DNA from: Chrysemys picta bellii
Taxonomy: Eukaryota
Assembly: GCF_011386835.1 (NCBI RefSeq)
Contig: NC_088795.1
Location: forward strand, 14,508,001 to 14,572,000
Reading direction: 5' to 3'
DNA: 64,000 bases
This document shows positions 1 through 9,858 of this stretch, piece by piece. The notes under the pieces are model-generated. The model ran no database searches, had not been told where the DNA came from, and saw only the letters and a list, made by a program, of their open reading frames with translations. Each line of letters opens with the position of its first letter. Within the stretch, counting starts at the first letter, position 1. The position numbers and the translations under genes were made by a program.

Positions 1-891
1 ACCAGGGGAACCACCCCCTCCCTGAAATTTAAAGTTATAACCTACAATTTTAACACAGTTTTACCACAATTTGGACCTTACTGAACCTGTGTCATTCCTT
101 CATATTTCATATGTTGTGAAAGAGCAGAAGACACAACAATTGCTAAAGTCGAGAATCCAGGGCCTGTACTCACACTACATAGCACCACACTCCTTGTGCA
201 GTATCACTGAAAATATTGCCTTGTAAATTAAACTAAGTAGAGAGTATACAGTCTAGGTGGAGAAGTCAAGAAAGCCAATAGTCCGGTGGAATTTTTTGTT
301 TTTGTCAGCTGTTCCCTTTTCATTTAAATGCCTGTTTTCTCTTCAGAACAGTAAGTAGGTTTCATTTTCCGTGACTCCTAGGAAATGATCAGACCGCACA
401 TGGAATGTGTGCAGGGAGCTGTCTGGGTAATCTCACAAGTGAAACTAACCCATGGGGATTTCTTAAAGTTAAAGCCCCCCAAAATATTTCAGGAGTGGGT
501 CAGAGAAAACAGAGTCAGATTATCTCAACTCTAGTCCCTTAATCCTAAATGTGAGTTGACTCATCTTTGGGGCTTTTAAATATTAACAGACATACTGCAC
601 TTTTTTCCTATTAGTATGTCCTTCACACTTGCATGGAAGTTGTAGTGAAAACTTTGGTTCATGTTTCGAGCAAGATTCCTAAGAGTTATGAGAAAACAGG
701 GCACCCTTAATGGAGGGACAGGAGCTGAGATAACTTGACTCCCTTCTCACCACTCCTCACCACACACAATGTTTATTTGTGGCTTTCACTTCAAGAATTT
801 CCCCTGTGTTATTTTTGCCTAGGAGAGCAAAAAGGCAGCTCCTCTCCCTGCACACATAGAGGCGGACGTCGATCACTTCCTAAAACTCACT

Positions 892-1085
892 GAAAGTGAA
901 ACCTAGCTTCTTTCCTTATGAGAAATCATGAATATCAATTAAAAGGGAACTATTGGCAAAGCAAAAGAATTCTGTTATCCGTTGGGACTTCCCCGCACAG
1001 ATTGAATAATCTCTGGTCATTTTAGCTGTCTTGGCAATAATCAAGACCAATCAGCATGAAGGAGGGAAAAGACTTAGTGTATAAA
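892..1085 (+). promoter_or_regulatory. Interferon/NF-kB-type promoter of chemokine copy 1
   Basis: ISRE GAAAGTGAAACCTA at 892-905, kB site GGGACTTCCC at 984-993, CCAAT at 1047-1051, TATAAA at 1080-1085, about 90 nt upstream of the ATG. Confidence 0.8.
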
Positions 1086-1174
1086 TGTACACTGGGAAAC
1101 ACTTTCTCTTAGACACTCCTCAATCTCTCCCAGACATCCAAGAATAATACAGAAGAACCTTCACTCTCATCACC

Positions 1175-4055
1175 ATGAAGGGAACCTGGGCTGTCGTCCT
1201 TTGTTCACTGCTCCTGATTGCAGCTGAAATTCAAGGTAAGAGGCAGCAATATCACAAAAGACATGTAATACAGTGAGGAAACGAGAGGTGTGAGTCACTG
1301 GAAAGCTGTGTAGAATAAATGCTTGGAAATTACTTTTGTTGGAAAAAAGAGATCTCTGTTCAGGTTTGTGTTCTACTGCCGCTCGCAAACATCTGTCCGC
1401 TCTGCTTGTGTCTAGAAGGTGTGTGTTGTCCACACAGGACTCGGACTGATCAGCTTGTATGTAGCAGGGAAATGAATATGACAGTTTTCGGCAGGCTTGG
1501 ATTTCTGCCCAGAGTGTCCCCTGGTTTGTAAGGGTGTGAAATCAGCCTCAGTCTATCAAATTCTGTCTTGTTTTAATCGGCAGAGGAAGACAGTTTGGAC
1601 CTGACCCAAAGCACAGTGAAGTCAGTGGGAACTTTCCCACTGATTTCAATGGGTGTTGGATCAGACCCTTTGTGAGCAAAAATGATTTTAGGTCCAACTG
1701 CTCATTCACTCCCATCACTTTTACACCGGGGTGACTCCTGTTTTCCATTGACTCGCGTGAGAGCAGAATCAGGCCCTCTGACTTCAAAATTAATGAGATG
1801 AAGGCAAAAGAGTGTAGCATTTTTGTGACCAAGGCCGGCTCCAGGCACCAGGCAACCAAGCACATGCTTGGGGCGGCTCCTGGTAAGGGGCGGCCAATCT
1901 TGGTGTGGCGGGGGGCAGCGCAGAGCGGCACGGCATTCCGCGGGGGGGAGGGGCGCTCCGGTGGTGCGGCGCTCAGCGGGGGGTGCTCCGGCGGGGGGTG
2001 CTCCGGCACGCGACAGGGGGGCGGCGCTGGGGGGGTGGTGTCTGGCGGCGCGGAGCTCGGCAGGGGGGCGGCGCGGGGCGCGGCGCTCAGGGGGGGGTTC
2101 CGGCGGTGCGGCGCTCAGCGTCGGGGGGCTCGGCAGGGCGGCGCTTTTTTTTTGCTGCTTGGGGCAGCAAAAAAGTTAGAGCCGGCCCTGTTTGTGACAT
2201 TGTCCTAACGTAAATATGCACATGGAAACATTGCAGGACAAATTACTCTGCAGCCCTGAGGATGAAATGGAGTGTTTTCAACCACTCCTCTTCCAACTTA
2301 AATATATTTGATTGAAGCCATCTCAGGTATCTAATATCGTTCTAATCTCTCTCTCTTCTGGGCCCATTTCTTTTAGGGCAGCTGAACTCTGGACAAAGAC
2401 GTTGCAGCTGCACAGAGAAAGGTTCTAATTCCATTCAGCAAAAAGCCTTAAAAAAAATAGAAGTGTTTCCGAAGAGCTCTTCCTGTGACCATGTTGAGAT
2501 CATGTGAGTAATGACTTAACCATTCAGCTGTCACCACTCCATGGGGCTGTTGTTGCAATGGCAGGAAATATGGGGATTTCTCCCCCTTTAATGTAACCCC
2601 AGGTTCTGATGTCCATCCCCGTTACAAGCAAAGCGAAGTGCAATGAGGCTAGAGACTAAGGCCCAGATCATCAGCTGGTGTGATCAACACAGCTTCATAG
2701 ACCTCCATGGAAATACATCAACTGAGGACTAGCCTGGAGGGTGGGATTCTCCAGGGCTCGGTGCCTTGTTTAGTCATTGACACCTGTGCACAGTGGGTGC
2801 ACAATGCTACCAGATCTGAAGAGGAGCATTTTGCACTCCCTTGCACAGGGGCCAACGACTACACAGGTTGTAGGGAATCAGGCCCTGAGACTAGATAAGA
2901 ACCTAGAACCCACTTCCTAGGTGCACAGAAATACATCAGGTAGATCATTCAAATGCTTTAGCTGATTTGAGGTCTTTGGATTTTGTATTCGCTCCCAGCT
3001 CATGGGACAATGTAGCGTATTACTCAGCTACCAAGGGCCAGACTCCTGCTATTCAGACCCTGATCCCAGATAACAAAGACAATGGTGACCTTTCCATTCT
3101 ATGGAAATGAATTCTGTTTTGCTTTGTTCATTTCAGTGCGACAATGAAGGTCACTGGAGAGCAAAGATGCTTGAACCCTAATTCCAAATGGGTACAGAAG
3201 ATGATGACAACCCTGATCAAGAAAAGGTAAGTTTCCCATCTGTCTGCAGCGAAAAACACTCATGGGCTTAAGAGCTCACTTCAGTCTTATACATCAGTGA
3301 GACCCAACTTTGTGCTCAATTGATGGTCACCGCAGTCTCACGGCCTGTGCCTGAACCACTGCTCACAGCGTCCTCAGAAACCTGCATTTCAACTCTAGAA
3401 AATGGCAGATTTCTTGGGACACAGTATAAGCTATCTGGGGTATACAGAACACCCCTTGCAGCAATAGCCCCCCTGCTTCACGCAGAAGAGCACGTCAAAT
3501 GCACTGCATTGTTTCAAAGGGAAAAACAAGTTAGTTTAAACAGCCTGTGTGTCTCAGACTCAGTACTAAACTGACTTGTGCTGAATTTTGGGGCTGTTCA
3601 CCCATGTGTGGGCTTCAAAAGCTGGGAAGAATGGCCATCCATGATGCCTATTGAGAAATCACAGAATCCTTTAGGACCAGATTGTGCCACATTTACCCTC
3701 ACTGAGTAACACCTTACTCCACAAGTAATCTTATAGAAAGCAAAGGGACTATTCACAGAGTAAGATGCCAATCAGTTTAACAGTGGCAGAATCTGGTCCT
3801 TTGAATTTAACCTACTGTTCTACTAAGTACTCGATGGCCCTGGTTCTGATGTGACTTAAACTGGTGTAAATCAGGAGTAAGTCCAATGGAGTGGCACAGC
3901 GTAAAGCTAGTGTGAGAGGAAAATCAAGCCCTTCTGTATGTGAAATCCCGAAAGAAACATTCTAATGAAAGGATAAAGTTCCCACTGTGTTTTATTTTGA
4001 CAGGTCTTCACAAAGCACTTCACAAAGCACTCACTTCACAAAGGAGAAGAGATAA
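1175..4055 (+). CDS. CXC chemokine, CXCL9/10/11 (CXCL10-like) family, copy 1, 109 aa
   Basis: Exons 1175-1235, 2377-2503, 3137-3226, 4004-4055, all GT-AG, frame intact. Protein: MKGTWAVVLCSLLLIAAEIQG|QLNSGQRRCSCTEKGSNSIQQKALKKIEVFPKSSSCDHVEII|ATMKVTGEQRCLNPNSKWVQKMMTTLIKKR|SSQSTSQSTHFTKEKR*. Signal peptide, no ELR motif, Arg before CXC, Cys at mature positions 9/11/36/53, and 61/127/90-nt coding exons, as recalled for mammalian CXCL10. One-to-one orthology is unclear, so no symbol is given. Confidence 0.93.
1830..2190. mobile_element. GC-rich hAT-type MITE in intron 1 of chemokine copy 1
   Basis: TIRs CAAGGCCGGCTC / GAGCCGGCCCTG. Perfect 8-bp TSD TTTGTGAC (1822-1829, 2191-2198). The site is empty in copies 2 and 3. 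Confidence 0.9.
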
Positions 4056-5884
4056 AGATCACTTCAACAGAGTAATGAGATTTTAGGATTTCAGCACTTC
4101 AGGCTCCCTTTCCAGAGAGCAGTGAACTTGTCTGTTTCCTCCACCTGGCTCTGCAACTTTTAAAATACAAATGCTGCGGCTGAGACAAGTTGTTCCCAAC
4201 ACAAAGTGGTTGCATCCATGAAGGTAACATCTGGGTTGTGACATCATCTCAACACAGGACATGTAGTGAGGCATCTGTAACCTCAGTAATCCTACTGGCA
4301 AACCAGTGACAGTAAAGACCCAGTTTGTCTTTGGGGTCTCCTGGTGGCTATAAGTGGTAATAGATTGCTTCTGCTTATCTAATTAGCAAATATTTCTTTG
4401 AGCCACATGGATGGGTTATCATATTATTATAATGATAACTCGGAGATAAAAATATTCTCAGGTAACACATACCAAGAATTCCAAGTTATTTTTTCTAGCA
4501 GGTTTGAAATTAATGTAATTCTTAGATATACATGTTCCATGTTAATTTATATAATATCACATATGATTGTTGTTCTAGGGTATGTGAAACATTTGTCTGT
4601 AGGCTTTATAAATAAAATTGAAGAAGGATTGTAATCTAAAACTAACCACACTCTGGGTTTAACTGATGTATAAACATTTATTACATAGATTAAATGCATC
4701 TGATCACTAGGAAATGTAATATAACAAATGACTGTAATATAATATTCACAAACATTCCTTGTGTTCGATTTCTTCTTTTAAAGATAAACCAATTAAGTGA
4801 ATAAAAAATACTGAAAACTATAACAGCTGCCTTGGAATTTGTACTATGTAATCATTCATCAGCTGAAATGTCATTCATAGTGCTAGATATATTTACAGTT
4901 GACTAACTCCATCAGAGAATTAATGCTAATATCCTACCATACTAATTTGATAAAAATACATGTATAGAAAGCTTGATGCTTGCATACATTCATTCACACT
5001 ACAATGAACCAATATCCAACCAATTGCACTTTCTCAAGTCCTCCTCCTACACCTCTAACACCAGAACTGCACCCCATCCCCACTCATCTACTTACCTTTC
5101 CCTGTCACCCCAAAGAAAACGCTGGAAGAATAGATAAGCATTGCAGCTTCACCTGAAGGTCAAGTCGACACATTTGGTCTTTGGTAAAGCGGGGCTGGAA
5201 AGCTACTGCCGCACTGGAGGGCACCTACCCGAAGAGGCTCTGGGCCTGATTCCCGTTTACACTGCGGCTCTTTGCCTTGGTGTGGCAGCGCTAAGGGGCT
5301 GAGACGTGCGTCCCTGATCTGTGACAGAAAGGAGCTGGTCCCAGAAGAGCAGCACAGGGGCCCAGATCCTCCAGAGTATCTAGGTACCTAATTCCTACTG
5401 ATTTCAGCGGGAACTAGGTGTCCAACACCTTAGGGGAACTGGGCCTGCCGGTCCCAGCTGGAATCCCCCGTCCGCTGGCCAGGGACAGCTCTTTCCCTAA
5501 TACAACAAATTCCTATTAACCGGGGACACTTTAATGAAGCATCCGACACCTATCACTGTGCTTGCCCCTAGGAGCCCCATCTCTAGTGCTGGCCTTGCTG
5601 CCCAGCACCCTCAGCAGCACACAGATACTTCCCGGAGCTTTGAAAGGTGTGGGGGGGGCGCATGTCTGCAGGGCAGCAGAGATCAAAACACTGAGCAGAG
5701 TAATCAGGGTAGGCGTGTGCGATACTGGCGGAAGCCAGTTCTGTGGACAAAAGAATCATCAGTGTCTCCACTGGCTCTTTGTCGACAATAAATGGAGGGG
5801 AAAAGACAAAAGTCTCTCCTAGGGGTGGAAGGTTTTTCTCACCAAAACTGGGCATTTTTCCTGACAAAAGTCCCATTATAGTGT

Positions 5885-6092
5885 TCAGAGTAGCAGCCGT
5901 GTTAGTCTGTATCCGCAAAAAGAAGAACAGGAGGACTTGTGGCACCTTAGAGACTAACAAATTTATTAGAGCATAAGCTTTCGTGGACTACAGCCCACTT
6001 CTCCGAAGAAGTGGGCTGTAGTCCACGAAAGCTTATGCTCTAATAAATTTGTTAGTCTCTAAGGTGCCACAAGTCCTCCTGTTCTTCTTTTT
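5885..6092. mobile_element. Fold-back (hairpin) Penelope-like mini-insertion
   Basis: Perfect 86-bp inverted arms (5917-6002, 6007-6092) with a 4-nt spacer. 12-bp TSD CCATTATAGTGT (5873-5884, 6093-6104). Hammerhead-like motif CCGAAGA..GAAAGCTTATGC at 6003-6038. Empty site in unit 3 near 14525. Confidence 0.9.
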
Positions 6093-6476
6093 CCATTATA
6101 GTGTGTATGCTCTTGCTGTTTTGTCGCCAAAAGGCAGTTTTTGGCGACAAAACTTGGTAGTGTAAGCAAGGCCTAAACTGACAAACTAAATTGGAAAAAG
6201 GCACTCTTATTCTGGGATTAGTGTGTCTACACAGGGATTTATACCAGTATAACTACAGCAGTATATATATACTAGTATAATTATGCCACTAAATTCCGTA
6301 CATAGACAAGCCCATACTCACTTCTTCTAAACATGTGGGTCTCGTACAGATCTTTATACCAAGCTTAGTGCTGGGGTATAACACGATCCAGTGGCTGTAA
6401 ACTGAAGCTAGACAAATTCAGACTGGAAATAAAGTATAATTTTTTAACAGTGAGGGTAATTAACCATTGAAACAAT

Positions 6477-6743
6477 CCAGCCCGGCCCTACGCCAAATGG
6501 CAAGCCAGGCGAGAAGCCTCTTCAGTGCCCCGCCCCCGACATTTGTTAAAATTTTGAACACCTTATTTTTTATTGCACTTGTAGCCCATTTCACGACTTT
6601 GATGCGTGATTTATCCCTGTCATATAAGACGATAAATTTGCATGCTAAGATCTGTACAATAAAAACAGCACCCCAAGCCCAGCGCCCCCAACTCCGGCAC
6701 CCCAGGCAGTCGACGGGGTTGCCTGCCCCTAAATCCAGCCCTG
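6477..6743. mobile_element. hAT-type MITE
   Basis: 8-bp TSD GAAACAAT (6469-6476, 6744-6751); the element ends CCAGCCCTG. Confidence 0.8.
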
Positions 6744-6888
6744 GAAACAATTTACCAAATGTTGTGGTGGATTCTCCATCACTGTCAATTTTTAGACCAA
6801 GATGGGATGTTTCCCTGAAAGAGATACTCTAGCCCAAAAGGAATTATTTTGGGGAAGTTCTATGACCTGCATGATAGAAGTCAGACTA

Positions 6889-7947
6889 GGGTCTGGTCTA
6901 CACTTAAAATTTAGGTTGGCATGGCTACATTGCTCAGGGGTGTGGATTTTTCACACACCTGAGTGATGTGGCTATGTTGACCTAACCGCCCCTGTGTAGG
7001 TGCAGCTAGGCTGACAGAAGAATGCTTTTGTTGACCTAGTTACTGCCCGCTTGGAGAGGTGCAGCGGGGTGGGCAAACTTTTTGGCCTGAGGGCCACATC
7101 GGTGTTGCAAAATGGTATGCAGGGCCGGGTAGGGAAGGCTGTGCCTCACGAAACAGCCTGGCTCCCGCTTCCTATCTGCCCCCTCAGAACCTCGGACCCA
7201 TCCAACCCCCCGGCTCTTTGTCCCCTGACCGTCCCCTCCTGGGACTCCCACCCCTATCCAACCCCCCCTATCCCTGTCCCCTGATTGTCCTGACCCCTAT
7301 CCACAGCCTTGCCCCCTGACAGGCCCCCACGGACTCCCACGGCTATCCAACCCCCCCCCCCCCGCTCTCCATCCCCTGGCTGGCCCCCCAGGACTCCCAC
7401 CCTCTATCCAACCCCCCATCTCCCTGTCCCCTGACTGCCCCGACCCCTATCCACACCCCCGTCCACTGACAGGCCCCCCGGGACTCCTATGCCTACCCAA
7501 CCCCCCCTTTCCCTGTCCACTGACTGCCCCACCCCCAGAACCTTTGCCCCATCCAACTGCCCCCTGTTTACTGTCCCCTGACTGCCCCCCAGAACCCTCC
7601 GCCCCTTATCCAACCCCCTGGCCCCCTTACCATGCTGATCAGAGTGGTTGGACTGGCTTATTGGAAAGCCTGGGAGGAGGCTGGGTGCAAGCTGTGCTGC
7701 CCATGTGGCGGCGTGGCTGCGGGGGACGGGGGACAGCAGGGGAGGGGCTGGCAGTAGCCTCCCCAGCCGGGAGCTCAGGGGCCGGGCAGGACGGTCTCAT
7801 GGGCCGGATGTGGCCCACGGGCTGTAGTTTCCCCACATCTGTCCTACAGAGATGTCATGGTGGCCTGCATCTATACTGTGGGGTTATTGCGGTGTAGCTA
7901 CAGCACCGTAGTTACGCTGCTATGGTCCCATATCATAGACATGGCCC
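6889..7947. mobile_element. Harbinger-type MITE with a nested GC-rich hAT MITE (about 7062-7841)
   Basis: Outer ends are GGGTCTGGTCTACAC and TAGACATGGCCC. Inner ends are CAGCGGGGTGGGCAAAC and GTAGTTTCCCCACATCTG, with internal CCCCTATCCA/CCCCTGAC low-complexity repeats. Confidence 0.65.
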
Positions 7948-8378
7948 AGATCATCACAATGGTCCCTTTTGGCCTTGGAATCCATGAGTCTTCTCACACA
8001 AGAAATACTCAATCCTTCAACATGCAGAGTATCCTTCGAGGCTAAAGGATTCTTCCATTTTAGTTCATTATTTTCTAGCACAATAACTTTTTTTACACCA
8101 CAGTTGTTTTGTATTAATGGCAGGAAGCTCCACTACCCTTTCAGTCTCCCAATTGTTTGTTATCCGTTTGGCGTGCCACTCTAATACGGAATTCTTAGTT
8201 TATTTTAGTTAGAGTAGAAATCCCCAGATATGCTGTATCACATCAGTTGGTTTCCCACTGATGCAAATAAGATTTAGGTATGTGCTTAAAATGTTTTCCT
8301 GATTAGGGGCCTGTGAAGGGGTCAACTGGTGCCTCCTTATAGCCAGGTGTGGTATAGCAGCTCCCTCTTCACTCGGGG

Positions 8379-8407
8379 TGTGTATGTGTGTGTGTGTGTG
8401 TGTGTGT
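8379..8407. repeat. (TG)n microsatellite
   Basis: Read directly; one TA interruption. Confidence 0.95.
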
Positions 8408-9575
8408 CCCCTGCTGGTGGCTGTTCCATCTGTGTGGTAGTCTGCCTCTTCCAGTGATGTGGCCCTCCAGCCAGGTCCCTTCAAATGTAACACTTCTTTA
8501 TGTCTTAGAGTTCAGAACTATAACACACAAGAACCCCAAAACAGAAGGAGACAAAGCAGGCTGCTCCCGAGAGCAGCGAGGAACAACTCACCCTATCTTA
8601 CTACAGGCTGTCTGACTGCAAACTTACTGCTGCTAGTGTTAGACCCAGCTCATGCACTTCACTACAGAGCCCTCTAGCCTGCAAGCAGAACCAAGGGAAC
8701 TACCCCCTCCCCATAATTTAAAATGATAACCTACAATTTTAACACAGTTTTAATATACTACAATTTGGAACTCACTGACCCTGTGTGGTTCCTTCATATT
8801 TCATATGTTGGTGAAAGAGCAGAAAACACAACAATTGCTAAAGGCCAGAATCCAGGGCCCATACTCACACTACATAGCACCACACTCCTTGTGCAGTATC
8901 ATCGAAAATATTGCCTTGTAAAATAAACTAAGTATACAGTCAACGTGGAGAAGTCACAAAAGCCAATAGTCCTGTGGAATTTTTGTCTTTGCCGGCTGTT
9001 CCCTTTTCATTTAAATGCCTGTTTTCTCATGGGGACAAGTAGGTTTCACTTCCCATTACTCTTAGGAAATGATCAGCCCACACCTGGGATGTGTGCAGGG
9101 AGCTGTCGGGGTAATCTCACAAGTGAAACTAACCCATGGGGATTTTTTAAAGATAAAGCCCCCAAAATATTTCAGGGGTGGAACAGAGAAAAGAGAGTCA
9201 GATTATCTCAACTCTAGTCCCTTAATCCTAAATGTGAGTTGACTCAGTTTTGGGGCTTTTAAATATTAACAGACATACTGCACTTTTTTCCTATTAGTAT
9301 GTCCTTCATACTTGCATGGAATTTGTAGTGCAAACTTCGGACCAGATTTCTGAGCAAGATTGCTAAGAGTTATGAGAAAACAGGGCACCCTTAATGGGAG
9401 GATAGGAGCTGAGATAACTTGACTCTCTTCTCCCAACTCCTCACCCCACACAATGTTTATTTGTGGCTTTCACTTCAAGAATTTCCCCTGTGTTATTTTT
9501 GCCTAGGAGAGCAAAAAGGCAGCTCCTCTCCCTGCACACATAGAGGCGTACGTCGATCACTTCCTAAAACTCACT

Positions 9576-9769
9576 GAAAGTGAAACCTAGTTTGAGTCCT
9601 TATGAGAAATCAGGAATTTCAATTAAAAGGGAACAGTTGGCAAAGCAAAACAATTCTGTCACCTGTTGGGACTTTCCCGCACAGATTGAATAATCTCTGG
9701 TTATTTTAGCTGTCTTGGCAATAATCAAGACCAATCAGCATGAAGGAGGGAAAAGGCTTAGTGTATAAA
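9576..9769 (+). promoter_or_regulatory. Interferon/NF-kB-type promoter of chemokine copy 2
   Basis: ISRE at 9576-9589, CAGGAATTTC at 9611-9620, kB site GGGACTTTCC at 9668-9677, TATAAA at 9764-9769. Confidence 0.8.
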
Positions 9770-9858
9770 TGTACACTGGGAAACACTTTCTCTTAGACAA
9801 TCCTCAATCTCTCCCAGACATCCAAGAATAATACAGAAGAACCTTCACTCTCATCACC

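Larger units (their letters stand above)
6385..7991 (+). mobile_element. CR1 LINE 3' fragment interrupted by nested MITEs
   Basis: CR1-type 3' sequence runs 6385-6888 and resumes at about 7948-7991 (GATCATCACAATGGTCCCTTTTGGCCTTGG). It is interrupted by the MITEs at 6477-6743 and 6889-7947. Confidence 0.65.

Noticed and set aside
1798-2213. Overlapping Gly/Arg/Ala-rich ORFs (136, 103, 102 aa; 153 aa on the minus strand)
   Set aside because: They lie within the GC-rich hAT MITE (1830-2190) defined by TIRs and a TSD; stop codons are simply rare there.
2231-2260. TTGCAG|GACAAATTACTCTGCAGCCCTGA as a candidate chemokine exon 2
   Set aside because: It hits a stop after 7 codons in the required phase and has no CXC motif; the true exon 2 starts at 2377.
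8312-8720. Possible solo LTR in the unit spacer, and another fragment at about 26980-27135
   Set aside because: LTR-like feel only; no defined TG...CA pair with a TSD, so not called.
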